The notes under the pieces were generated by a model. That model searched no databases. It was not told where the DNA came from and worked only from the letters and a program-made list of their open reading frames with translations. Made by a program: the position numbers and the translations under genes. A stretch of 64,000 nt of DNA from a virus (taxonomy: Duplodnaviria > Caudoviricetes): the IMG/VR virus record IMGVR_UViG_3300028591_000098, positions 99,396-163,395 of that record, one strand, 5' to 3'. Below, in pieces: positions 9,666 through 19,992 of this stretch; within the stretch, counting starts at the first letter, position 1, and each line of letters begins with the position of its first letter.

Positions 9666-10553
9666 TTAATCGTTATTTTCTTTAAGCCATTTTTGAAAAT
9701 ACCATAACTGTCCACATCCACCACCTATATCATCTTGACCAGCAGGATTAAATACTCTAATAGAAGCATTATGTGAAATCATATGTGATTTAAATTCATT
9801 AATAATATCAAGTTGTCGTTGAATAGAATTAGCAACTGATTCATCCTTTTCACATATAACTGATAATGTAGTTTCCCATATATCAGGGTTAAATAGTTTG
9901 GTTAATCTAACGGCATCTTCTTCTGTATTATTACCTTCATGAACACAATAATTATAAAAAGGTTTTCTACCAACAAATGCCGCCCACATATTACCTAATG
10001 AAGATATTTGTCTAAGTGTACAGGTATTGGTAGGAATAAGTTTCTTTCTATTTTCATCTAAAGATTCATGTACAGAAAATTGTAATCCAACTTTATCTAT
10101 CTCTTTTGAAAGTATAATGAATTTTGAAAATATATTATCCATACCCTTAGGTGCAGATGTACTTACTAATAATTGTGCATTAGGATATTTTTCATGTAAT
10201 AATCTAATTGCAATTTCCAAATTATCATAATTAAGCATTGGTTCACCCATGCTCATAAACATAATTTGAAATTTTTCTATATCTTTAGTATCACAATCGA
10301 TAGTATTAATACATGAATCCACCTGACTTACAATTTCTCCTCCTGTAAGATTTCTAATAAAAAATTTTCCGGTCCCGCAAAATGTACAACCAACAGGACA
10401 ACCACTCATTACAGAACAACAAATTACTGTTCTTTTTTGGTAAGAACCATATCTATAAAGAACAGCTTCAGCTATTCCTTTAGGTGAATCCCATTCAAAA
10501 ACAAATTTCTTAACATTTGTATCAGTACTTTCAAATATTTTTTCCTTAATCAT
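9666..10553 (-). CDS. rlmN: RlmN/Cfr-family radical SAM RNA methyltransferase
   Basis: CPVGCTFC, FMSMGEP, FSVH, DIGGGCGQL. Confidence 0.8.
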   Translation of the reverse strand: MIKEKIFESTDTNVKKFVFEWDSPKGIAEAVLYRYGSYQKRTVICCSVMSGCPVGCTFCGTGKFFIRNLTGGEIVSQVDSCINTIDCDTKDIEKFQIMFMSMGEPMLNYDNLEIAIRLLHEKYPNAQLLVSTSAPKGMDNIFSKFIILSKEIDKVGLQFSVHESLDENRKKLIPTNTCTLRQISSLGNMWAAFVGRKPFYNYCVHEGNNTEEDAVRLTKLFNPDIWETTLSVICEKDESVANSIQRQLDIINEFKSHMISHNASIRVFNPAGQDDIGGGCGQLWYFQKWLKENND

Positions 10554-10589
10554 AATAAATTATTTTATCTCTATTATTTCTTATTATCT

Positions 10590-11252
10590 TCATTCTAATT
10601 TAAATTTACTTCCAAATATTTCCATTAATGTATTAAATTCCCAAACATTATCAATATCTGCTGTACCTATAGTATCGCATGCATCATTATCTATATGTAA
10701 ATGCCATCTGGTTCCTCTATTAGTCCATCCATTATCAATAGTTAATTGTATTTGACTTGATTTTTTTATAGGAATCCATTTGCGAAATATTTTAAAATCA
10801 GTTATTCCATAATTATTTTTTTGAACTTCACCAAGTAATTTTGTTTGATCATTTAATAATTCAAACCCATTTTCAACTAACATTTCTGATGTAATATTTG
10901 TAAATCTGTCACATTCTGATTTTTCAGATTGTATATACTCCACAAATTTACACATATTGTCATAATCTTCATGTTGTTCTCTATATGTGGTTGAAGATAT
11001 CAAACGTATTTCATAATCATCTTGCAATAAATCAGAACAAGTTATATTTGTATCTTTCAATAAATCAGAAATTATATATTTATCTACATATCTTTTAAAA
11101 TCTGTATAGTATATAAATTCATAGTTTTTTCCAAATTCATATATACCATTATCGTCTTGATATCTTGCAAACATATCATTTACATCAAAGTCTGTAACTC
11201 TAATTGATGATATTATGTTATTCTTATTTACAAGTCCAAAAAATGTGCTCAT
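10590..11252 (-). CDS. hypothetical protein
   Basis: 220-aa ORF. Confidence 0.65.
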   Translation of the reverse strand: MSTFFGLVNKNNIISSIRVTDFDVNDMFARYQDDNGIYEFGKNYEFIYYTDFKRYVDKYIISDLLKDTNITCSDLLQDDYEIRLISSTTYREQHEDYDNMCKFVEYIQSEKSECDRFTNITSEMLVENGFELLNDQTKLLGEVQKNNYGITDFKIFRKWIPIKKSSQIQLTIDNGWTNRGTRWHLHIDNDACDTIGTADIDNVWEFNTLMEIFGSKFKLE

Positions 11253-11270
11253 TCTTTTAATAAAATTTAT

Positions 11271-12053
11271 TTATTGATTTTGAATATTCTTTAATCTTTC
11301 CTCCGTTTTAACTTCTTCATCTTTCCACTTTTTATCCCATATTTCTTTCCAATCTTCCCCATATTCTTCTTCCATTATTTCTTCAAATTCGTCTCCATAA
11401 TAATCCTTTTCCCAAAACAATAATGGGTTCCTTTCTTCTATTTCTATATCAACATCATAATGATCTTTCCACCATTTCTTTACCGTTTCTGCATTTCCTG
11501 TAGGAGAACATTTCAAACAAACCGTATTTCTAAACTTTTGCTCATCAACATTAAACATATAAAAATTCTTACATGTATCTATGTCATCCATCACAATTTT
11601 TGTAATAGCATTAGCAGCACCATTACATTGATCTTCATTATCAACCCATTTATATATTTCTTTAAGAATTAATTCTTTTAATGGTGGTACATCTTCATAA
11701 CTGCGATATCCTGGATGATGATCACCATTCTCATCTGTATAAGCATCAATATATTTATCTTTTGTTCCTCCTTCAGATAAATATTTTTCAACAACTTCTA
11801 CATCTTCATTCCATTCAGAATTAATTCTATATGCTTTCATATACTTATTAAGTATATATGTAAATTCTGCATGTGACAAATAATGGCGGTCATAAATTGG
11901 ACCATCCTTTTCCTCATCAATTTTACCTGCTTTAACTTCTTCAATTATATTATCAAAATCTGCCGCTGGTTGTGCTTTTGCAAACATTTCACGAATACAA
12001 TCGTCATAAGCTTTACATAATACGTCTTCTCGTTCTAAATATTCTTTACTCAT
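11271..12053 (-). CDS. hypothetical acidic protein
   Basis: 260-aa ORF. Confidence 0.7.
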   Translation of the reverse strand: MSKEYLEREDVLCKAYDDCIREMFAKAQPAADFDNIIEEVKAGKIDEEKDGPIYDRHYLSHAEFTYILNKYMKAYRINSEWNEDVEVVEKYLSEGGTKDKYIDAYTDENGDHHPGYRSYEDVPPLKELILKEIYKWVDNEDQCNGAANAITKIVMDDIDTCKNFYMFNVDEQKFRNTVCLKCSPTGNAETVKKWWKDHYDVDIEIEERNPLLFWEKDYYGDEFEEIMEEEYGEDWKEIWDKKWKDEEVKTEERLKNIQNQ

Positions 12054-12129
12054 AATTATTTAATTAATTTATTTATAACAAAATAGAAATCTATTTTATT
12101 ACAAATTTATGATTTAAATTTTTTTAACA

Positions 12130-12402
12130 TTATCTAAAATTATTGGTTTTTAATTTGATATTATTACTTTTTGAATTTATAGAATAATCCTTATCACCAA
12201 AACATTCTCCCTTTAATTTATCTTCAAATTCTGGGAATGCACATTCTTCCAACCAACCCTGAACATATTTTGAATATTCACTCATGACCCATTCTTTAAG
12301 AGCCGGTGTACCAACATCTTTCATGTAATTATGTATAAGACTGTATGCATTTTGCTTATCACAATCTAATTTATTATAAAATTCTTCTAAAATTGTATTC
12401 AT
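12130..12402 (-). CDS. hypothetical protein
   Basis: ORF. Confidence 0.55.
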   Translation of the reverse strand: MNTILEEFYNKLDCDKQNAYSLIHNYMKDVGTPALKEWVMSEYSKYVQGWLEECAFPEFEDKLKGECFGDKDYSINSKSNNIKLKTNNFR

Positions 12403-12502
12403 TTATTACCAAATAAAATTAACTAAAATAAAATACATTAAACCAAGTATAGCCCAGATACCTAATACCTGAGCTATTGCCATTATATGAGTTTTATAGT
12501 TT

Positions 12503-12850
12503 TTATTCATAAAAAACTTTCTTCATTAAATGTTCAAACTTATTCTTTGTCTTAGACTTGTAAGGATAAATTGAATGTCCATATGTACCTTCAAAAACAT
12601 ATCCTATTTTTGTTGCATAATTATAGTCAATATATGTATACTTTTCACCATCGATACAAAAATACTCAGGAGTTGCATCATCAACTATAGGCTTATAATT
12701 TCCTTTTAAAATATCTGACCATTTTGTATTTTTATTTACTTTTGTTGTCAATACTACAGGATACCCATTAGAATAGTCAATAATAAAATTATTCTTTGGG
12801 TGCTTACAAGTAAATACTTTATATTCTTTACAAATTAAAATATCTTCCAT
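12503..12850 (-). CDS. hypothetical protein
   Basis: ORF. Confidence 0.6.
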   Translation of the reverse strand: MEDILICKEYKVFTCKHPKNNFIIDYSNGYPVVLTTKVNKNTKWSDILKGNYKPIVDDATPEYFCIDGEKYTYIDYNYATKIGYVFEGTYGHSIYPYKSKTKNKFEHLMKKVFYE

Positions 12851-12851
12851 A

Positions 12852-13460
12852 TTAACAAATTTTAGATTTTACACATTCAGCAATAAGCTTTCCATCAGCT
12901 CTCTCAAATGCCTTCTTAACTTCACCAATAACTTTACCCATTGACCTTTGTTCTACACCATTAGGATAGTACTCATTAAGATATTCTATAATGTCTTCTT
13001 TAGTGGCCTCCTTAGGTAAGAACTGTTCAATTATTTGTAATTCAAATGCTTCTTTACGAAGTATATCCTCATATCCAGGTTTGTTATAGTTGACAAGATT
13101 CTCTTTATGAGATTTTACCATCTTCTCAAGCACAGTTCTCTGAAACTGCTCAGGAAGATTATCAATTTGATAATCCATAGATTCATTGACTACAGTAACC
13201 TTAATAATCTTACCATCTTTCTCTGCATCTTCTTGACGAGTGGTAATAAGTTTTTCTGCCAACATTACGGGGAAAACTTCCTTATTCTTTGTAATTTCCT
13301 CCATAAAAGCACCTTTAAGAATCTTATAAAGTTCAAGAGTAGTATTTAACTCAAAATACTTTTGAGTATCTTCTTTGGTTACTTCACTATTTAACATAAT
13401 TTTTTTCTTAATAGGCATGTACTCCTTAGTTACTGCCTGAATCAATTCATTTATTTTCAT
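12852..13460 (-). CDS. GatB/YqeY domain protein
   Basis: C-terminal ELQIIEQFLPK...MGKVIGEVKK..ADGKLIAECVK. Confidence 0.75.
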   Translation of the reverse strand: MKINELIQAVTKEYMPIKKKIMLNSEVTKEDTQKYFELNTTLELYKILKGAFMEEITKNKEVFPVMLAEKLITTRQEDAEKDGKIIKVTVVNESMDYQIDNLPEQFQRTVLEKMVKSHKENLVNYNKPGYEDILRKEAFELQIIEQFLPKEATKEDIIEYLNEYYPNGVEQRSMGKVIGEVKKAFERADGKLIAECVKSKIC

Positions 13461-13482
13461 ATTTAATATTTATAATTGGTTA

Positions 13483-13926
13483 TTAATCTTCTATCACAAT
13501 AATTCTATATGGTTTTCTTAAAAATTCTAATTTAGTATGATCAAACCATAAATTCAATCTATCATGCTTAATTGGTTTAATTTTTACAAATTCCTTTGTA
13601 AATCCGGTAACTTCTCCTTTAACATATCCTCTAAATGAACCATCATAATAACAATCCATTATAAGTACATTATCACCTACAAATATTTCATTATCAAAAG
13701 CATCTTTAAAATTACTAACATAAATAGTTAACCACTTATTTTCGTCATAACTATATACTTCATTTGTTTTAATATACTTATTAAGCAAATGTGGTGTAGC
13801 TTTACCTATTTTATGATCATACACAGATTTTCCAGATTCATCTGATCTGTAATTTGTTCCATGAACATGACCATACAAATAACCTTCTTTAACAAAATAC
13901 AAAGGTGTTTCATCTATCATTGACAT
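13483..13926 (-). CDS. hypothetical protein
   Basis: C-terminal domain paralogous to 8466..8732. Confidence 0.6.
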   Translation of the reverse strand: MSMIDETPLYFVKEGYLYGHVHGTNYRSDESGKSVYDHKIGKATPHLLNKYIKTNEVYSYDENKWLTIYVSNFKDAFDNEIFVGDNVLIMDCYYDGSFRGYVKGEVTGFTKEFVKIKPIKHDRLNLWFDHTKLEFLRKPYRIIVIED

Positions 13927-13928
13927 AA

Positions 13929-14666
13929 TTACTTAATATAATTTTTTATAAATTCTTTTGATTCTTTAGAAAAATTACATTTATCACTTATAGCCCATTT
14001 TAAATATTGTTGATCAACTTGTGATATAAATTCTAATGATAAGCTTTTATACTTACCTAACGTCATACAAGGTTTTACTTCTCCTCTAAATTCTTGATCT
14101 GTTATAACATTATCCGGTCCATACATTTTTTCTGGTCCGTAAGGAGATATTTTTTGTTGGGCTACAAATATTGAATATGTAGCTTTAACATCTGATAATG
14201 CGTCATGGGCAGTTAAACCAGATTCTATCATAGTTTTTCCTTTATAACGTTTATAAGTATTTTCCAAACTAATGCCATTTCTACGTTTTTCTTCCAAGAA
14301 TGCATCATAAACTGGACGATCCATTATGTTTAAATCAAATCCATATCTGTGTAATTCTTCTAATAGAAATGCAATATCGAAAGAATTTCCATTATAAGTT
14401 AATATTGCACAATCATCTATAAAATCTATTAATTCTTGTGCAATATCTTTAAAATGAGGTTTATCTTTTAAAAAATCTGGAGTAAGTCCGTGTTTAAAAT
14501 AAGCACCATAACCAATAGTATAATTACCAATTGGTTGTACATATTTATTAAATTCTCCAAGTATTTCGTTTGTATCGGTATTTACCTTTAATGCACTAAT
14601 TTGTATAATTTGATCTTTTGTGCGATCTAACCCTGTAGTTTCTAAATCAAATATTACTAATTTCAT
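13929..14666 (-). CDS. DEDDh 3'-5' exonuclease (DNA pol III epsilon-like)
   Basis: FDLETTG, YNGNSFD, AHDALSDV; C-terminal LGKYK domain. Confidence 0.9.
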   Translation of the reverse strand: MKLVIFDLETTGLDRTKDQIIQISALKVNTDTNEILGEFNKYVQPIGNYTIGYGAYFKHGLTPDFLKDKPHFKDIAQELIDFIDDCAILTYNGNSFDIAFLLEELHRYGFDLNIMDRPVYDAFLEEKRRNGISLENTYKRYKGKTMIESGLTAHDALSDVKATYSIFVAQQKISPYGPEKMYGPDNVITDQEFRGEVKPCMTLGKYKSLSLEFISQVDQQYLKWAISDKCNFSKESKEFIKNYIK

Positions 14667-14790
14667 TCGTTAATTTATTTAAGTTTAATTATAGATTTAA
14701 TATAGAATGTAAATGTTTAATGTTCAAATACAGTTTATTTTTACAATTTTTGTTATTTTTAAATAAATGAATGTAAATTGATATTTATAG

Positions 14791-16485
14791 ATGAAACGCA
14801 AAACTAATCTTTTTTATACAGAAGGTCCTGATAGTAAATTTTTAACATTTAGTAACTATACAGAATCATTAACAGGTAATTTTTTAAGTACAGATACAAA
14901 ATTATATCCTTCAGTGTTTTTATGTTTAAATGTTAATATTAATAAAGATAATAAAAAGAATTTTATAAATAATTATCTTACAGGATATTATGAAAATAAG
15001 TTAGCTGCATTAAGAGATTATTTTATCGAAAATAATAAAAAACCTGAGGATTATATGTCACCATTAGGTTATTTATTAGATACTATTAAAAAATTCGATT
15101 CAAATTTTACAATTACATATGTAGGAGATATTACAGAACAGGATTATAATGGAACATATACTGATACTATATGTACAATAAGTTTTGCTAATTATTATAA
15201 AGGTACATATTCGGCAGAAACACAAAGTGAATTAGATGATAATTATATTGATTATTCAGAAAATTCATTATATGGTTGGAAAGAAAATGAATTAGTAATG
15301 ATACAAATAAATGACAATGAAATTATATGCAAATATCAAGGTAATGGTAATATACCTGTTAATTTATATCAAGATCTTCCTAATTTGGAATATATAAAAA
15401 TAGATAATAATTTATATAATATTAATAGTTCTAATAATCCATTTTATAAAGATAATGATGATAATGATAGATGTTATTGTATATTTAATGATTATAATAA
15501 TCATATAGTAAGATATATATTTAATAATAATGTAAATTCAATTGCCAGTGATGCATTTTATGAATCTCAACTTATTTCTATTATATTACCTACCTCAGTA
15601 ACTTTAATTGGTCAAAATGCATTTAAAAATTGTATAAATCTTATTTCAATAACATGTAATACAATGACTGCACCAATTTTTGAATCTGGTCCTAATACAT
15701 TTGGTAATATACAAAATAATGGTATTTTATATATACATGAAAATGCTATAGGATATAATACATGGATGGAACAATTAAGTAATGGTTGGAAAGAAAAAAC
15801 TATGAAAGAAAAAATTCAACTTAATTTTGATAAAGAATATAATAAATATTGTATTAAATCAAATATTAATAAATTAAAAATAGAAAAAAATACAAATGAT
15901 AATCCAATAAATTTTAATATTGTAATTCCGTTATTTGATGTTACAAATATTAATTATCATACTCAACATTATATAAATGAAAATAATGAAATTAATACAT
16001 CTAATGAAACAATTGAAATTGATTTAAATAATGTTACAAGTAATGATTTATATAGAAAATATGTTCCACTTGGTATATGGTTTGCTGATGAAATAATAAC
16101 ACTTAAAAAAGATTCTAATAATATATTTTCACAATCATGGTCATTATTAATTAGTTCACAATTCAAACCATTCCCTTATTCAAATGCAAATGTAAATACA
16201 ATTAATGAAAATTCTGTATCAAATGCATATCCAACGTTTGCAATGGTATTATCAAGACAAAACGATATATTGAATAAGTTTAATGAAATAAATAAACAAT
16301 TAAAAAACCAACAAGAAATAATAAAAAACATAAAAATAGATCTAAATAATACTTCATCAGTAAGTATTGATAAATTAAATTCAAAAATTATTAATATTGA
16401 AAAAAATGTGAATGAAAGAATTGATAACTTACAAAATACAATGAAAGAATTCATGAATAATTTCATATGGAATACTTCACGATAA
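14791..16485 (+). CDS. putative structural protein with internal BspA/LRR5 module
   Basis: IASDAF..LISIILPTSVTLIGQNAFKNC..L; C-terminal coiled coil. Confidence 0.55.
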   Translation: MKRKTNLFYTEGPDSKFLTFSNYTESLTGNFLSTDTKLYPSVFLCLNVNINKDNKKNFINNYLTGYYENKLAALRDYFIENNKKPEDYMSPLGYLLDTIKKFDSNFTITYVGDITEQDYNGTYTDTICTISFANYYKGTYSAETQSELDDNYIDYSENSLYGWKENELVMIQINDNEIICKYQGNGNIPVNLYQDLPNLEYIKIDNNLYNINSSNNPFYKDNDDNDRCYCIFNDYNNHIVRYIFNNNVNSIASDAFYESQLISIILPTSVTLIGQNAFKNCINLISITCNTMTAPIFESGPNTFGNIQNNGILYIHENAIGYNTWMEQLSNGWKEKTMKEKIQLNFDKEYNKYCIKSNINKLKIEKNTNDNPINFNIVIPLFDVTNINYHTQHYINENNEINTSNETIEIDLNNVTSNDLYRKYVPLGIWFADEIITLKKDSNNIFSQSWSLLISSQFKPFPYSNANVNTINENSVSNAYPTFAMVLSRQNDILNKFNEINKQLKNQQEIIKNIKIDLNNTSSVSIDKLNSKIINIEKNVNERIDNLQNTMKEFMNNFIWNTSR

Positions 16486-16504
16486 ATAATATATAAAAAA
16501 GTTT

Positions 16505-19500
16505 ATGAAAGAAAGTACTATAAAAGAATTATATATAAAATTACAAGAATTATATAGTAATATATTAAATGTATTAACAGCTATTAATCAAAGTTTTCAA
16601 ACTACATCATCGGAAATTACTGTTAATATAATGGATAGTGATGATATACAACAAACATTACGTATTCCATCATTTTTATATTTAGAAAGTAAAATTGAAC
16701 AAATTGATAGTAATTTAAATAATTTGTTTAATATGCCTAAATCTGGTGAAGCCTGGTTTAGTAAATCATCAGATATGTATAAATTAGAATTGGTTAAATC
16801 AAATAATGCGCCAGTTTCACCTAAATTATCTGATGATAAATTATATGCATATTCTAAAGATACATATATATTTAAAGATTTAGTTAATCCAAAAACTTAT
16901 TTAAAATTAGGAATTGATAACTTACCTGATAACATTCAAAAAATGTTTGTTAAAAAGATGGTATTTTATAATGCAGATACATATTCTAAAATTTTAAGCA
17001 GTGGATATACTAAATATGATGAGATTAAAGCATTATTATATAATTTAAATGAAGGAATTGATTATGAAGAATATGATTCTGTAATTGATTTACCAATTAA
17101 ACATGATGAATATGTTTCTGATTTTAAAATTTTAGATATACCACAAGGAGAACAAGAAAATCCATATTTTAATACAGAAAGTGAAAATAATAATAATTTA
17201 ATATATAAAGTTATATTAGATACATTAATTTATTCTCCCGAAGAAGATACAGCAATAGAATATACATTACAACCTGGACAATATCTATGTTTAGATAATG
17301 AGTATGTTATTTATAAAGTACTTTCAATAAATACAATTATTAATAACAATAATGAAAATATTAAACAACATGAGGTTACATTAGAAGAAATATCTGGGCA
17401 TATAGCTTTACAAAAGTATGAAGAAAATTCATCAATGATATTGCATATTTATAATAAAGATTATTCTAAATATCATTATGTTGAATTACCTCTTGAAGAA
17501 AATCCTTTTGTTGCATTCTTTGTAAGTACAATATATAATAATACTCGTAGTGTATTATCAGATGCATTATTATTGAATCTTAATAATATATTAATGGTTA
17601 ATTCTGATGGTACACCAATGTTGGTAAATGGTAAGGAAATTTCATATATAGATTATTACAATCATTTTTGTTCAAATGTTGGAGATATGCTTTTAGGTAT
17701 ATCTAATATTGCGTATTCACAAATGAGCAATTACAGTAATGAACAAATTAATGAATTGTTAAATAGTGATGCTATACAAAGTCATGTATCGATGACTATT
17801 AATGATGAATTGTTTAAAGTTCAACGTATTAATGCTCACTTAATTAATGATGAATATTCTACAAAGATAATTAATTTACATACTAAACGTAATGAGTTAA
17901 CTTCAGATATTAATTCTTTACAAGCAAATATAGATACAATATATAATCAATTGGTAACTACAGATTTCGCATCTGATGTAACGCAAACTCAATTATCATT
18001 AAAAAACCAATTAGATAATTTATATAGTCAACGTATACTTCTTCAAAAGGAATTAATTTCTATTGTTGACAATATTAATTCATTAAAAATATATGTATCA
18101 GGTTTAAGTGACTCAAAATATAGAGTTAGGGGTACAACATCAGTAAGTGAATTGGAATCATTTATTGATGAATTATATCCTAAATGTAAAATTATTAAGA
18201 TGGAAGTTGAATATAAATATAAGTCAACAAATCTTGATACAACACAAGTTCAAAATATAAATTCTAATATATTTACAGATTGGAATAAACTTGATACAAT
18301 AGTTCGTGAAAGAAAACCTAAATTTAATAATATAAATAATTCTTATACTATCGAATTTGAAAATTATGATAATATAGATAATATAATTAAATGGAATCAA
18401 ATTGATATACCTATTACATCTGGTGAAGATGTTGTAATTCGTGTTCGTTATTTATATTCAATAGGACAACCATTTATTAACTTATATTCGCCATGGTCTA
18501 ATGAAATAACTGTTGCATTTCCAGTAGAATTATCAGATAGTTCAGAAATATCTTCAATTATGGCACAAAATAAAGAAGATGAAATTGATGCACGTTTCAA
18601 TAAGACTTTATTAAATGATGGTTATCAAGAACATATAGCAAATAAAATTATTGATAATTCTCAGGTATATTTCCATATGCCAGAAAACATATATTCTGGA
18701 TTTAATACTCCTGAAAATAAATTCATTAACCTTAAAGATAAATTACAAGAATTAACTAATGAAATTAATAGTTATAAAGATTTAATATTAGGAGATGCTA
18801 CATCATCATATTCTTTATATCTGGTATTTGATAATAAACAAATTGAATTATTTTCAGAATCAACTAATGATATTACAATTAATGAAAATGCACTTATTTC
18901 ATCAGATACAATCATAACTAAAAATATGAAATTAGTGTTAAAGAATACTGGTTCAGAACCATTAAAATTATATAGTTTATTCCCAGGTAATAAAAGTAAA
19001 TGTCTTATACAATTAGATGATCAATATGCTCGTACATATGAAAGTATGAATTATGAAAGAGTACCTATATTACTTGAAACTGATGGTCCTGAAAATTTAC
19101 GAGTTAATGATACAGTAAGATGGCAAACATTAGGACAATGGATTTACTTTAGACAAAATTCAGTATTTAATACTACATCATACTATATAGATAATAAATA
19201 TGATTATATAGATACATTAATTCAAAATGTTAATGAGGAAAAAACTTCATTTAATATAGAAAATAAATATAAATTAGAAGATTATATTAGTACTATTCAA
19301 CAACCATTATTACCAAATAGATTAAGATATTGGGATATTCTTGGTGGTTATAATTTAAATGGTATCATATATAATAATTCATATATTTATAGTGGCGGAA
19401 ATTATAATATTTTACCAACACAAAATTTAACAAATACAAATGAATTAAATAAATATTATTCAAAAATTGATAATGCAAATAATGATTTCAAATATATAGA

Positions 19501-19972
19501 TAGTGAAGATAATAATTTCATATTAAGATATGAACATATTTGGGGTAAAAATACATCGAATAAAAATATACAAATACGAGATAATTATTCTATTACTGAA
19601 TTATTAGAAAATAATACATTTGAAATAAAAACAAATAATGAAACTAATCGTTTAAAGTCAACAGATATTATTGGTGGATTTTTAATACCTACTTTAACAT
19701 CAGAAAATCAAATAATGTGTAATGAAAATAATAATAGTTGTATTACATTAGCTGTTAGTGATTCATTAACTATTCCTATAACATTCCAATATTATTTAGG
19801 TAATGGTAATAATAATGATGATGAAAACAATAAAAATACTAAAGTTGAAAAATATTTAAGTTTCGATATTAAAAAATCATTATTGCAAAATCCGAAAAAC
19901 TATGTTATTCATTTAATTGCTAACTATAATGTTAATTCTGATATTAATATTTCAACAGTTTCTTCAAATTAA
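16505..19972 (+). CDS. large putative virion protein with coiled coil
   Basis: 1155-aa ORF in structural block. Confidence 0.55.
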   Translation: MKESTIKELYIKLQELYSNILNVLTAINQSFQTTSSEITVNIMDSDDIQQTLRIPSFLYLESKIEQIDSNLNNLFNMPKSGEAWFSKSSDMYKLELVKSNNAPVSPKLSDDKLYAYSKDTYIFKDLVNPKTYLKLGIDNLPDNIQKMFVKKMVFYNADTYSKILSSGYTKYDEIKALLYNLNEGIDYEEYDSVIDLPIKHDEYVSDFKILDIPQGEQENPYFNTESENNNNLIYKVILDTLIYSPEEDTAIEYTLQPGQYLCLDNEYVIYKVLSINTIINNNNENIKQHEVTLEEISGHIALQKYEENSSMILHIYNKDYSKYHYVELPLEENPFVAFFVSTIYNNTRSVLSDALLLNLNNILMVNSDGTPMLVNGKEISYIDYYNHFCSNVGDMLLGISNIAYSQMSNYSNEQINELLNSDAIQSHVSMTINDELFKVQRINAHLINDEYSTKIINLHTKRNELTSDINSLQANIDTIYNQLVTTDFASDVTQTQLSLKNQLDNLYSQRILLQKELISIVDNINSLKIYVSGLSDSKYRVRGTTSVSELESFIDELYPKCKIIKMEVEYKYKSTNLDTTQVQNINSNIFTDWNKLDTIVRERKPKFNNINNSYTIEFENYDNIDNIIKWNQIDIPITSGEDVVIRVRYLYSIGQPFINLYSPWSNEITVAFPVELSDSSEISSIMAQNKEDEIDARFNKTLLNDGYQEHIANKIIDNSQVYFHMPENIYSGFNTPENKFINLKDKLQELTNEINSYKDLILGDATSSYSLYLVFDNKQIELFSESTNDITINENALISSDTIITKNMKLVLKNTGSEPLKLYSLFPGNKSKCLIQLDDQYARTYESMNYERVPILLETDGPENLRVNDTVRWQTLGQWIYFRQNSVFNTTSYYIDNKYDYIDTLIQNVNEEKTSFNIENKYKLEDYISTIQQPLLPNRLRYWDILGGYNLNGIIYNNSYIYSGGNYNILPTQNLTNTNELNKYYSKIDNANNDFKYIDSEDNNFILRYEHIWGKNTSNKNIQIRDNYSITELLENNTFEIKTNNETNRLKSTDIIGGFLIPTLTSENQIMCNENNNSCITLAVSDSLTIPITFQYYLGNGNNNDDENNKNTKVEKYLSFDIKKSLLQNPKNYVIHLIANYNVNSDINISTVSSN

Positions 19973-19992
19973 AATATAAATAATTAAATATT

